A stretch of DNA of 64,000 nt from Oscillospiraceae bacterium. GTDB lineage: Bacteria > Bacillota > Clostridia > Oscillospirales > CAG-272. The notes beneath the pieces are model-generated. The model made no database searches. It was given only the letters and a program-made list of their open reading frames with translations, and was not told the origin of the DNA. This document shows positions 1 through 8,180 of this stretch, in pieces. The stretch spans positions 44,979-108,978 of the forward strand of contig SVTT01000005.1 of NCBI GenBank assembly GCA_015063625.1, read 5' to 3'. Every line of letters starts with the position of its first letter. Within the stretch, counting starts at the first letter, position 1. The translations under genes and the position numbers were made by a program.

Positions 1-845
1 CCGGCGTCACCGTGAATGATCGAAGCACCGGGGAAGAGCGCGCACAGCTCGTTGCAGACCTCTGCCTTTTTCTCAATGACCTTGACCTTGATGCCGGTGT
101 GGCGCAGGATCTCGCACAGGTAGTGCGTGGTGTCACCGCCGCCCGCAACCATAACATCCTTGACCGAGTGAGTCTTGTAGTTGATCTTTCCGAAGAACTC
201 ACCCGCGCTGCGAGGAGATGCGATCAGCGAAATGACATCCTTGCCCTCAAACACGAGATTGCCCTTGGCGATGTAGGCGTTTTCGCCGCGCTCTACGGTG
301 CAGATCAGCACGTTGCAGTGCAGCCTGGAGACCACGTCCTTGACGGCAAGCCCCACGAGAGGGCTTTGCTCGGGCAGACGGAATTTTAACAGCTCGACCT
401 GCCCTCCTGCAAAGGTGTCGATCTTCATAGCGGAGGGGAAGCGGAGCACGCGTGCGATCTCCTCGGCGGCGGCATGCTCGGGATTGATGACCATACCAAG
501 CCCCAGCTCGTCCTTGAAGTAGGCGGCATCGGTGCTGTATTCGGGGTGCTTGACACGCGCAATGGTCTGGCAATCGTGGCTCTTTTTGGCGATCAGACAG
601 CAAAGCAGATTCAGCTCATCCGAGCCGGTAACGGCGATCAGCAGATCGGCGGATGCAATGCCCGCCTCCTGTTGGATGGCATGGGTCGCACCGTTTCCCA
701 CCACCCCCATGATATCTAAGCGCGCCGAAACCTCCTTCACCGTTACGGGGGAGGAGTCAATGACTGTGATATTGTGTCCTTGCTCGTTCAATTGCTCGGC
801 AAGATTTTGCCCAACCTTTCCGCAGCCGACGATGATGATGTTCAT
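1..845 (-). CDS. trkA: Trk-type K+ uptake NAD-binding subunit TrkA (C-terminal part runs off the left edge)
   Basis: Own minus-strand translation from the ATG (plus-strand CAT 843-845): MNIIIVGCGKVGQNLAEQLNEQGHNITVIDSS... has a Rossmann GxGxxG. A second NAD-binding repeat follows (...VMVAGGGDTTHYL...). The frame is open to the window edge, so it is absent from the ORF track. The + strand ORFs listed here are antisense shadows. Confidence 0.85.
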   Translation of the reverse strand, partial: MNIIIVGCGKVGQNLAEQLNEQGHNITVIDSSPVTVKEVSARLDIMGVVGNGATHAIQQEAGIASADLLIAVTGSDELNLLCCLIAKKSHDCQTIARVKHPEYSTDAAYFKDELGLGMVINPEHAAAEEIARVLRFPSAMKIDTFAGGQVELLKFRLPEQSPLVGLAVKDVVSRLHCNVLICTVERGENAYIAKGNLVFEGKDVISLIASPRSAGEFFGKINYKTHSVKDVMVAGGGDTTHYLCEILRHTGIKVKVIEKKAEVCNELCALFPGASIIHGDA

Positions 846-950
846 GGTATCGTCTGCCTTGGGCCTTGTGATTTTCGCCATGTTTGCGCCTGTCCTTTCA
901 CCGATTCAGAGTCTTTCCTAAAAAGCAGGGACTATATTATACATAAAAAA

Positions 951-1823
951 TTATATCTTGTCAATATCCGGATCACTTTTTTCGGAGAGCATACCGTCGG
1001 TCTCGACATCGCGCTCCCCCCCTGTAAAGACGGGAATGAATTGGGAGGCGATCCTTCCCTTGCCTCTGCGCTTGACGTAAAAATAGCCGATCAGGCTGAA
1101 GATCGTCGCCCCGATGAAGTTGACGAAAAGGTCGCCCATGGTATCGAAAAGTCCCACGTCCAACACCCCGCTGAGTGTGATGATCTCACCTCCCTCGGTG
1201 GTGATGGCAGAGCCTGTGATCTCCGTGATGTGCGTCACCCGTTCGCCGAGATCGTTGGGGATGGAGACCGTGTTAACGGTGTTTAAAAAAGCATCCTTTT
1301 GCATGTCGGTGGCAAGCACGTAATCGGCAGCAAACTCAAAAAACTCCCAAAGCACGCCGATGGTCATGGAAAAGCAAAAGGCAACCAAGGCAAGGAAAAG
1401 GGGGGAAAGTGAGAGGGACACGCGCTTGCTTTTGTTGAAGATGTCAACAAGGCAAAAGCCAAAGGCGGCAAACATAAAGCCGTTAAAGGTGTGGAGCATG
1501 GTATCCCAGAAGGGGAAGTGCACGTAAAAATTGCCGATCTCGCCAAGGATCTCTGCCGCAAATACGAACAGATAGGCAAGGATCTCCAGGGTAGTGGGCA
1601 GATCCACGTGGAGATTGCGCTCGACGATCGGGGGGATCAGCAGGAGCAGCGAGGCGAGCACACCGGTAAACACGTTTTCAAAGTGACCGCTGAAAATATT
1701 TCTGATGATGATGGCAAGGATCACGGTGTGCAGGATGATATAAACGGTATACGCCTTTTTGTCCTGCCTGATCTGTGCGTAAAGCGTGGTGACACGGCGC
1801 TTTTTCTTTGGTTTTCGGGTCAT
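951..1823 (-). CDS. polytopic membrane protein, function unknown
   Basis: Start is an internal ATG (codon 211 of track ORF 951..2453) preceded by GAGGAGG. MTRKPKKKRRV is followed by several hydrophobic helices (ILHTVILAIIIRNIF, LASLLLLIPPIV, FMFAAFGFCLV, LFLALVAFCFSMTIGVLW, FVNFIGATIFSLIGYFYV). The upstream 210 codons of the track ORF overlap the cotF-like genes on the other strand and were discarded. Confidence 0.6.
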   Translation of the reverse strand: MTRKPKKKRRVTTLYAQIRQDKKAYTVYIILHTVILAIIIRNIFSGHFENVFTGVLASLLLLIPPIVERNLHVDLPTTLEILAYLFVFAAEILGEIGNFYVHFPFWDTMLHTFNGFMFAAFGFCLVDIFNKSKRVSLSLSPLFLALVAFCFSMTIGVLWEFFEFAADYVLATDMQKDAFLNTVNTVSIPNDLGERVTHITEITGSAITTEGGEIITLSGVLDVGLFDTMGDLFVNFIGATIFSLIGYFYVKRRGKGRIASQFIPVFTGGERDVETDGMLSEKSDPDIDKI

Positions 1824-1940
1824 CGATGACTGGACCTCCTCAAAAAACGTTGTGGTGTTTTCTGTATAATATGGCACATTTTGTGTCATGATAACAGCAG
1901 TGCGGAAAGAAAAAGCTCCGCCATAGAAAGGAAAACGGTC

Positions 1941-2126
1941 ATGACAAGGATTACGGAAAAGGAATTGTCGGCGCTCGGCGATCTGATGTCGCTGGAGTGC
2001 ACCCTGAAGGCAAAGTGCGAGTCGCTTGCCGAGGGCACGGGGGATCAGGCGCTTGCCGCATGCTATCGCGATACGGCGGCACGGCACGCACATCATCTTG
2101 AAGAGCTTTTTGCAAATCTGAAATAA
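1941..2126 (+). CDS. small helical protein paired with the CotF-family gene (putatively spore-coat associated)
   Basis: ATG at 1941 inside track ORF 1881..2126 gives 61 aa (MTRITEKELSALGDLMSLECTLKAKCESLAEG...HLEELFANLK). It is co-oriented with the CotF-like ORF and ends 12 nt upstream of it. Function is inferred from context only. Confidence 0.45.
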   Translation: MTRITEKELSALGDLMSLECTLKAKCESLAEGTGDQALAACYRDTAARHAHHLEELFANLK

Positions 2127-2138
2127 GGAGAAACGAGT

Positions 2139-2417
2139 ATGGCAGACATGACAGGATATACCTTCGGCGAGAAGGAGCAGATGGCGGACCTTCTCGCCTC
2201 GGAAAAGTTTTTGGCAGGCAACTATTGCAGCTTTCTTTCGGAGTGCGCCACACCCGAGGTGGTGAGCGCGCTTAGCGAGCTGCTGATGGACACGCACCGT
2301 ATGCAGCAGCGTATTTTTGTGGAAATGAACAGCAGAGGATGGTATCCCGTGACCAAGGCACAGGAGCAAAAGATCGCCGAAGCCAAGCAGAAGTTTGGTA
2401 CAAAGATCCCGAGCTGA
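2139..2417 (+). CDS. CotF-family spore coat protein
   Basis: 92 aa. EKEQMADLLASEKFLAGNYCSFLSECATPEVVSALSELLMDTHRMQQRIFVEMNSRGWYP fits the Coat F domain pattern, ending in the RGWY motif. RBS AAGGAGAAA lies upstream. Confidence 0.75.
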   Translation: MADMTGYTFGEKEQMADLLASEKFLAGNYCSFLSECATPEVVSALSELLMDTHRMQQRIFVEMNSRGWYPVTKAQEQKIAEAKQKFGTKIPS

Positions 2418-2501
2418 CCTCAAATGCTGCTGCCATCGGGGGCAAAAATGCATAGGGCTGCTGCAAAAAAGCAGCAGCCCTGTCTATGGCACATTGGTGA
2501 C

Positions 2502-2921
2502 TTACTCTTCTTCCTTCTCGGGCTCTGCATCAGCTGTGGATGCCGTTTCGTCAACGACCTGCTCGTCGCAGACCTCTTCGGCAGCTGCATCCTCGTCGCA
2601 GGCGGTATCGCTTGTCGGCTCGTCGTTTTGCACAGCGTCCTCCTCGGCGGTGACCTTTTTCAGCTCCTCCATCTGGTCAAACAGGCCGTCGATGGTGGCA
2701 ATGATCTGCAGCTTTTCCTCCTCAAGGCTCTCCCCGGTGTGCAGATCGCGGTATACGATCTCGCCAAGCAGCTCGTACTGCTCGTCAATGCGGATCTCCA
2801 GTGCCTTGATCTTCACGCTGCGGGAGGCGGAATCGGCAAGCTCGTTTGCCTTGTCGGACACTTTCTTGACTGCGCGTTTTGCTTTGGCGCACAAACGGTT
2901 GAATGTAGACATAAGGGACAT
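2502..2921 (-). CDS. hypothetical protein: coiled-coil N-terminal part with a strongly acidic C-terminal tail
   Basis: Track ORF of 139 aa, MSLMSTFNRLCAKAKRAVKKVSDKANELADSASR...IDEQYELLGEIVYRDL, then a D/E-rich tail. RBS-like GAAAGGAG lies upstream on the minus strand. The overlapping + strand ORFs are low-complexity shadows. Confidence 0.55.
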   Translation of the reverse strand: MSLMSTFNRLCAKAKRAVKKVSDKANELADSASRSVKIKALEIRIDEQYELLGEIVYRDLHTGESLEEEKLQIIATIDGLFDQMEELKKVTAEEDAVQNDEPTSDTACDEDAAAEEVCDEQVVDETASTADAEPEKEEE

Positions 2922-3016
2922 GCTCCTTTCACATGGTTCTTCCTTTTACAGTATAGCGCATTTTGCCGCAAATGTAAAGCGTTTTTCAAATTTTCAAGCA
3001 AAAAAGGAGAGAGAAT

Positions 3017-3466
3017 ATGAATATGAACGATAAAAGCTATGCCCGTTACGTCGAGGCGCGCGCGCCGCGTTCCCCGATCCTCAAAAACTGCATGTGGGCA
3101 TTTTTGGTGGGCGGCGGGATCTGTCTGTTTGCCGAGGGCGTGGGACAGATCTTACGCAGAGTGTTCGGGATGAACGAGGAAAACAGCGGTACGGCGGTGG
3201 CAGTGCTGCTGGTGTTCATCGCGGTGCTTCTCACGGCGCTCGGACTGTTTGAGCGCATTGCCAAGTTTGCGGGGGGCGGCACGCTGGTGCCCATCACGGG
3301 CTTTGCCAACGCGGTGGCATCTCCCGCCATTGATAGCCGTTCCGAGGGCTTTGTGCTTGGCGTGGGTGCCAAGATCTTTACGGTTGCCGGCCCCGTTCTG
3401 CTTTACGGTACGGCGGCAGGCACGCTTTACGGATTGATCTATTGGCTCAGCGGGATCTTTCTGTGA
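3017..3466 (+). CDS. spoVAC: stage V sporulation protein AC
   Basis: 149 aa membrane protein. ...AFLVGGGICLFAEGVGQ...GGGTLVPITGFANAVASPAIDSRSEGFVLGVGAKIFTVAGPVLLYG is the conserved SpoVAC core. RBS AAAAGGAGAGAG lies upstream. Confidence 0.85.
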   Translation: MNMNDKSYARYVEARAPRSPILKNCMWAFLVGGGICLFAEGVGQILRRVFGMNEENSGTAVAVLLVFIAVLLTALGLFERIAKFAGGGTLVPITGFANAVASPAIDSRSEGFVLGVGAKIFTVAGPVLLYGTAAGTLYGLIYWLSGIFL

Positions 3467-3537
3467 GGAATGGGGGGCGGGGCGGAAGCCCGACCTCGCC
3501 CCCTTGAAAAAATGTACCGATTCTTCGGATTTTGCTC

Positions 3538-3566
3538 TTGACAGTTCTTTCCTCTGATGCTATAAT
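3538..3566 (+). promoter_or_regulatory. sigma-A type promoter for tRNA-Gln
   Basis: TTGACA (3538-3543), a 17-nt spacer, then TATAAT (3561-3566), 10 nt before the tRNA 5' end. Confidence 0.6.
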
Positions 3567-3576
3567 ATACGGGTAT

Positions 3577-3651
3577 TGGGATGTCGCCAAGCGGTAAGGC
3601 ACCAGACTTTGACTCTGGCATTCGTAGGTTCAAATCCTGCCATCCCAGCCA
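3577..3651 (+). tRNA. tRNA-Gln (anticodon TTG), CCA encoded
   Basis: The cloverleaf was read by hand. Acceptor TGGGATG pairs with CATCCCA. The anticodon stem is CCAGA/TCTGG and the loop is CT-TTG-AC. The T-arm has GGTTCAAATCC. Overall it resembles bacterial tRNA-Gln. Confidence 0.93.
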
Positions 3652-3687
3652 AAAAACGACAATCTTCGACAGAAGGTTGTCGTTTTT
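3652..3687 (+). terminator. intrinsic terminator after tRNA-Gln
   Basis: ACGACAATCTTC-GACA-GAAGGTTGTCGT stem-loop (one G-T pair) followed by TTTTT. Confidence 0.7.
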
Positions 3688-3855
3688 ACTTTTTCACTTT
3701 TCACTCTTCACTTTTCACTAAAACCTCTTGTCGTTTTTTGGCAAGTAATAAGTAATAAGAACCTGCTTCGCAGAACCTTGATACTCGCATTGCTCGTAAT
3801 ATGTGAATAGTGAAGAAGTAAGGCAGCTTTTCGCCAAGGCGAAAAGCATTTTTTT
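3688..3855. repeat. possible degenerate member of the word/hairpin 'zipper' element family
   Basis: Four head-to-tail (T/C)TTTCAC words occupy 3691-3718. The complementary GTGAA word occurs at 3803 and 3810. Between them are GTAATAA x2 and small hairpins (CTGC-TTC-GCAG). The segment ends in a strong terminator, GCTTTTCGCC-AA-GGCGAAAAGC plus a T-run (3826-3855). Confidence 0.35.
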
Positions 3856-3915
3856 ACGAACTTGCAATCTTACCGATTTCATGCTATACTAATCACAGAA
3901 AGGCGGTGAGCATCT

Positions 3916-4344
3916 GTGAAAAAAACAAAACAAAAACATTATGCTTTTAATACCCAACTGTTTTTTGTCATCGCCCTTTTTGCCATTTTTTTGGTTTTAT
4001 CTATATGTGCTGCAATCGAACGAGAGATTGGACTTTCAATAGGCTTTGCGATTGCCACTCTGCTTCCCATCTTTGTTTTTTTAATATCACCATTGTATAC
4101 GGCTTTTTCGGATGAAGAAATCGAAATCGTTTATATAATGGGACAAAGAGAAATTATTAAGTGGAGAAACATAAGGAGCATACGTTTAAACGGAGCTTGG
4201 ATTAGCAGAGGTGGAGGATTCCCTCACTATGAGGTTGCTTACCCAACCAATGCGAAACGTGCATTTTTTGTTCGCGGAGAAATCCCCAAAACAAGAAAAA
4301 CAAAAAAATATATCAAAATGTATTATAAGAAAGATATTATATAA
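3916..4344 (+). CDS. hypothetical small membrane protein encoded in an AT-rich islet
   Basis: GTG start at 3916 with GGCGGTGA upstream, giving 142 aa. Two N-terminal hydrophobic helices (LFFVIALFAIFLVLSICAAI, IGFAIATLLPIFVFLISPL) are followed by a K/R-rich tail. A-rich codon usage is visibly unlike the neighbouring genes. A TTGCAA-17-TATACT promoter lies at 3861-3889. Confidence 0.5.
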   Translation: MKKTKQKHYAFNTQLFFVIALFAIFLVLSICAAIEREIGLSIGFAIATLLPIFVFLISPLYTAFSDEEIEIVYIMGQREIIKWRNIRSIRLNGAWISRGGGFPHYEVAYPTNAKRAFFVRGEIPKTRKTKKYIKMYYKKDII

Positions 4345-4430
4345 ATTGGTGTTGCCTACATTGGTTAGTCCCCGTGGGAGTTCGAAACCTTATTAAAGAA
4401 CGCAAAAAATATCTTTTTCGTAGCCTTTGC

Positions 4431-4640
4431 ACAGAAAAAAGCACTTGCGTGAGCAAGTGCTTTTTTCAACGAAATCCGCCTTCTGCGGAAGAAATCCACC
4501 TGCGGTGGATGAAATCGCTTCGCGATGAAATCCGACTTCGTCGGGATAGGAGAGGCGGATTTTATTTCATCTGAGGCCGTAGGCTGAAGATTTCATCCGA
4601 GCATGCGAGGATTTCATCGTGCAGAGCACGATTCCATTTT
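4431..4640 (-). repeat. zipper element, copy E (word GATGAAATC(C) / (G)GATTTCATC)
   Basis: A terminator-like hairpin comes first (ACAGAAAAAAGCACTTGC-GTGA-GCAAGTGCTTTTTT, 4431-4466). GAAATC(C) then occurs at 4471, 4491, 4511 and 4527. Its spacers are hairpins: CCGCCTTCTGCGG, CCACCTGCGGTGG, TCGCTTCGCGA, CCGACTTCGTCGG. The complementary word GATTTCATC-type occurs at 4557-4571, 4589 and 4609, with a degenerate copy at 4630. Confidence 0.6.
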
Positions 4641-4927
4641 TCTTGCCCGGCCGAATTCGAATCGGTTCCGACTCCCCCCGGAGGGAGTTTTGGTATACCG
4701 GAGAACGGATCGATAAAGAGAATGTTGAAAGCGCGGCGAGCAGCAAAAGGGCAAAGCGATAAATTTTCAACGCACCGTGCGCTCAAAGGTCACAAAAAAT
4801 TGTTGCAAAAGGCAGGGCTTTGTGTTAAAATGAGGGTGGTCGCACAGGGCCCTGCCGATTTTGAAGGGCATACTGTCGCGGCTTCGATACGATCGAAAAC
4901 AAAATTACATATCAAAGGAGAACGATC

Positions 4928-5689
4928 ATGACCGAACTGAAGGGTAAAGTTGTCATCATTACAGGAGGCGGCAGAGGCATTGGCTTCGGGCTTTCCACCG
5001 CATTTGCTAAGGCGGGTGCAGATCTTGTGATCACTGGGCGCACCGAGTCGACACTGCTTGCCGCAAAAGAGAATCTTGAGCGCGATTACGGCTGCCGCGT
5101 GCTTGCCGTCACTGCCGACGGTGCCGATGAGGCGGCGATCAAAAACGTGATCGATCAGGCGGTTGCGACCTTTGGCAGGATCGATGCGGTCATCAACAAT
5201 GCGCAGGCATCCGCCTCGGGCAAGATGCTGATTGACCACACCAGGGAGGACCTTGACCTTGCCATTTATTCGGGCATCTATGCCACCTTCTTCTATATGC
5301 GCGAGGCGTTTCCGTATCTGAAGAAGACGGGCGGCTGTGTGATCAACTTTGCCTCGGGCGCAGGACTCTTCGGCAGAATTGCACAGTCCTCGTATGCTGC
5401 GGCAAAGGAGGGCATCAGAGGTCTTTCCCGCGTGGCTGCGACCGAGTGGGCACCCGACGGCGTGCGCGTTAATGTCATTTGTCCTCTCGCGATGACCGAG
5501 GGACTGAAGAAGTTCAAGGAGGAATACCCCGAGCGCTACGAGCAGACCATCAAGGGCGTGCCGATGGGCAGATTTGCCGATCCCGAAAAGGATGTCGGTC
5601 GCGTGTGTGTCTTCCTTTGCTCGGATGAGGCATCCTACATTACAGGCGAGACCATTACGCTCCAGGGCGGCAGCGGTCTGAGACCTTGA
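4928..5689 (+). CDS. SDR-family (short-chain dehydrogenase/reductase) oxidoreductase
   Basis: 253 aa. It has the TGGGRGIG cofactor motif, NNAQ, and the catalytic YAAAK. RBS AAAGGAGAA lies upstream. Confidence 0.85.
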   Translation: MTELKGKVVIITGGGRGIGFGLSTAFAKAGADLVITGRTESTLLAAKENLERDYGCRVLAVTADGADEAAIKNVIDQAVATFGRIDAVINNAQASASGKMLIDHTREDLDLAIYSGIYATFFYMREAFPYLKKTGGCVINFASGAGLFGRIAQSSYAAAKEGIRGLSRVAATEWAPDGVRVNVICPLAMTEGLKKFKEEYPERYEQTIKGVPMGRFADPEKDVGRVCVFLCSDEASYITGETITLQGGSGLRP

Positions 5690-5705
5690 TGGGAGGCAGC
5701 TTTTC

Positions 5706-7052
5706 ATGCAATCGCAAACGCAGCATTCGCCCCAAGCGCAGCAAAAGCCCCGCGCGAACGGCTGGGCGCTTCTTCCCATCCTGGTCTTTTTGATCCTGTA
5801 TCTCGGTGTGGGCATTCTTTTTGAGTACGTGCTGAAGGAAAGCATGGGCTTTTACATCATGTCGGTCGTGGTGGCATTCATGGTTGCCCTTGTCGTGGCG
5901 TTCTGCCAGAATCGCGGTACATCCTTCGATGAAAAGATCCGTCTTTGCGCCGAGGGGGCAGGGGACAGCAATATCATCACCATGATCTTCATCTTCCTGC
6001 TCGCAGGTGCCTTTGGCGGTCTTGCCTCGGCGGCGGGCTGTGCCGACAGCACCGCGCAGCTGCTGCTTTCGGTCATCCCCTCGCGCTTTGCCGTGCTCGG
6101 CATTTTTGTCATCGCCTGCCTGATCTCGATGGCTATGGGGACCTCCTGCGGCACCATCACTGTCATGAGCGCGCTCACGCTTTCGGTTGCCAATACCACT
6201 GGCATCTCGGTGGCGCTCTGCTTCGGCGCTCTGGTCGGCGGCTCGATGTTCGGTGATAATCTCTCCTTCATTTCGGATACCACCATTGCCGCTACCAAAA
6301 CGCAGGGGTGCGAGATGAAGGATAAGTTCAGAGAGAACTTTAAGATCGCGCTTCCCGCGGCACTTGCCACGATCGTGCTTCTTCTGATCTTCGCTCTGGT
6401 GGGCGAGAGCGCCGAGATGGCGCAGTTCACCATCACCTGGCGCACCGTGGTGCAGGCATTGCCCTATTTTTCCATTCTGATCGCCGCCATGCTCGGCGTT
6501 CAGGTCTTCCTGGTGCTGCTTGGCGGCATTGTGTTGACCGCGCTGGTAGGCTTTGCGACCTCCACGCTCGCGCCCGTTGCCATGCTCTCCTCGATGGGAA
6601 GCGGCGTGTCGGGCATGTACGAGACCGTGCTGGTCGCGCTTTTGGTGGCGTGCCTCGGGTCCCTGGTCAAGGCAAACGGCGGCTTTGAGGCGATCCTTGC
6701 CTTTGTCAGAAAGCATTTCCGCGGTGAAAAGGGCGGGCAGCTCGGCATCGCACTGCTTTCCTCGGCAATGGATGTTGCCACCGCCAATAACACGGTTGCC
6801 ATCGTGATGGCGGCGCCCATCGCCACCGAGGTGAGAGAGGAGTACGATATCTCGCCCCGTAAGACGGCATCCCTGCTGGATATCTTTACCTGTATCTTCC
6901 AGGGCATCATCCCCTACGGTGCACAGATGCTTTATGCCTCTGCTGCCGCAGGCATTGCCGCCGTGAAGATCATTCCCTATATGTTCTATCCGTATTTCCT
7001 CGCCGTCAGTGCCGTTCTCTTCATTCTGCTTGGCAAAAAGAAGACGGCGTGA
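5706..7052 (+). CDS. nhaC: Na+/H+ antiporter NhaC-family membrane transporter
   Basis: 448 aa, about 11-12 TM. ...IITMIFIFLLAGAFGGL...GGSMFGDNLSFISDTTIAATKTQG... is typical of the NhaC C-terminal domain family. The gene is 16 nt downstream of the SDR gene. Confidence 0.8.
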   Translation: MQSQTQHSPQAQQKPRANGWALLPILVFLILYLGVGILFEYVLKESMGFYIMSVVVAFMVALVVAFCQNRGTSFDEKIRLCAEGAGDSNIITMIFIFLLAGAFGGLASAAGCADSTAQLLLSVIPSRFAVLGIFVIACLISMAMGTSCGTITVMSALTLSVANTTGISVALCFGALVGGSMFGDNLSFISDTTIAATKTQGCEMKDKFRENFKIALPAALATIVLLLIFALVGESAEMAQFTITWRTVVQALPYFSILIAAMLGVQVFLVLLGGIVLTALVGFATSTLAPVAMLSSMGSGVSGMYETVLVALLVACLGSLVKANGGFEAILAFVRKHFRGEKGGQLGIALLSSAMDVATANNTVAIVMAAPIATEVREEYDISPRKTASLLDIFTCIFQGIIPYGAQMLYASAAAGIAAVKIIPYMFYPYFLAVSAVLFILLGKKKTA

Positions 7053-7093
7053 CGGTGCGATCGCCTTGGAGAGCAGGCTCTCTTTGACGATGC

Positions 7094-7133
7094 AAAGGGA
7101 GTGAGCACGCAAGCTGCGTGCTCACTCCCTTTT
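7094..7133. terminator. bidirectional intrinsic terminator between convergent nhaC and araC-type genes
   Basis: AAAGGGAGTGAGCACGC-AAGCT-GCGTGCTCACTCCCTTTT, a 14-bp GC-rich stem flanked by A and T runs. Confidence 0.7.
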
Positions 7134-7156
7134 GATATGCAGACAACGTGCTTTTG

Positions 7157-7999
7157 TCAACCGATCCCGTGTGATTTGCATCGGGTGTCCCGCCACACCG
7201 ACGGCGGTATGCCGCATTGCCGCTTAAAGACCTTTGAAAAATGCTCCGAGCAACTGAAGCCGCATTGCTCGGCGATCACCCCGGTCGGCAATGACGTTTC
7301 GCAAAGCAGACGCCTGGCGGCACAAAGACGGCGCTCGGTCAGATAGTGAAAGATCGTATCCCCATAGCGCTTGCGGAAATGCTCGGTCAGCGTGACCGTG
7401 CTGCAATGGAAGTGGAGCGACAGCGAGGAAAGGCTGACACGGTGTGCAAAATTGCGGTCAAGCCATTCCTTGGTAAGTGCCGCAAGATGCTCTCCCTCCT
7501 CGGGCAGCAAAAATCGCTCGGCAATATGCGTGGCAAGCAGACCAAGCAGGCGTCGGGCGGCAAGCAGCTCGTCCTCTTCCTTACGGCAGAGTGCGCTGAC
7601 CGCCTCTCCGATCTCATCCCTGCGCTCCTCGCCGAGCAGGGAAAGGGCAGTGCGCAGGGCGGCTCCCTCATGCTCCTTGCCCTTGCGAAGCACCTGACCC
7701 GCAAAGAGATAGCCCCTGACGGTGCCCGATTCCACAATGGGGACCAGTGCCTCGGGGATGCCGAAGGGACAATCGAAATAAAGGGGCTCACGGCTTGTTT
7801 TTACGCGCTCAAAGGCAGAGAGGTCTGAGCGAAAGCAGACGGCATAGCCCTCGCCCTTACGCTGGATCGCCGTGCAGAAGGGGACGGGGGGTGCGCCGCA
7901 GTCGGCAATGCATTGCAGCTGTGTGTTGTAAAGCGAAACGCGGATGCCCGACAGTAAATAGAAATCCTTCAGCAGTCCCTTGATCAGTGTCAGCTCCAT
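7157..7999 (-). CDS. AraC-family transcriptional regulator with N-terminal PocR-like sensor domain
   Basis: ATG at 7999 (codon 21 of the track ORF) is preceded by GGAGGA. The N-terminal part, LLKDFYLLSGIRVSLYN...CPFGIPEALVPI...GYLFAGQV, is PocR-like. The C-terminal part is an AraC double HTH (...SLSSLSLHFHCSTVTLTEHFRKRYG...IAEQCGFSCSEHFSKVFKRQCGIPPSVWR). Confidence 0.8.
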   Translation of the reverse strand: MELTLIKGLLKDFYLLSGIRVSLYNTQLQCIADCGAPPVPFCTAIQRKGEGYAVCFRSDLSAFERVKTSREPLYFDCPFGIPEALVPIVESGTVRGYLFAGQVLRKGKEHEGAALRTALSLLGEERRDEIGEAVSALCRKEEDELLAARRLLGLLATHIAERFLLPEEGEHLAALTKEWLDRNFAHRVSLSSLSLHFHCSTVTLTEHFRKRYGDTIFHYLTERRLCAARRLLCETSLPTGVIAEQCGFSCSEHFSKVFKRQCGIPPSVWRDTRCKSHGIG

Positions 8000-8180
8000 G
8001 CCATCCTCCGGTTTGGTGATTTCATAAAACATTATAAGAAAAGGCGGCGTAAATGTCAATATTTCTGTTATTTTTTATCGATTCGACAAATTGTTTTATG
8101 AAAGAGGCATAGAGAAAGCAAGCGTGCCTTGCTATAATAAAGACAACGTCGGATCGTTTTGATCCATCAAGGAGGAGCTT

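Noticed and set aside
4341-4354. 14-nt identity ATAAATTGGTGTTG shared with 15005-15018, considered as possible insertion boundaries
   Set aside because: For a 64-kb window, several exact 14-mer coincidences are expected by chance (roughly N^2/2 pairs against 4^14 possibilities). The flanks do not extend the match.
4362-4396. GGGAGTTCGAAACC resembling a tRNA T-loop (a possible tRNA fragment or att remnant next to the AT-rich ORF)
   Set aside because: The putative T-stem arms are not complementary. There is no acceptor or anticodon arm nearby, and it does not match the 3' end of the adjacent tRNA-Gln.
4567-4770. 67-aa minus-strand ORF with a signal-peptide-like N-terminus (MKIYRFALLLLAALSTFSLS)
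   Set aside because: It has a TTG start without a recognisable RBS. Its C-terminal half is just a translation of the zipper element E hairpins, so it is probably fortuitous.
4836-4927. ~90-nt 5' UTR of the SDR gene as a possible riboswitch
   Set aside because: Only short (4-bp) helices can be drawn. There is no match to any aptamer consensus I know, and no terminator or anti-terminator alternative.
5655-7112. 485-aa ORF on the minus strand
   Set aside because: It is entirely antisense to the well-supported NhaC-family gene. Its product is rich in H, R, G and D, of low complexity, and lacks hydrophobic-core periodicity. This is a typical GC-rich shadow ORF.
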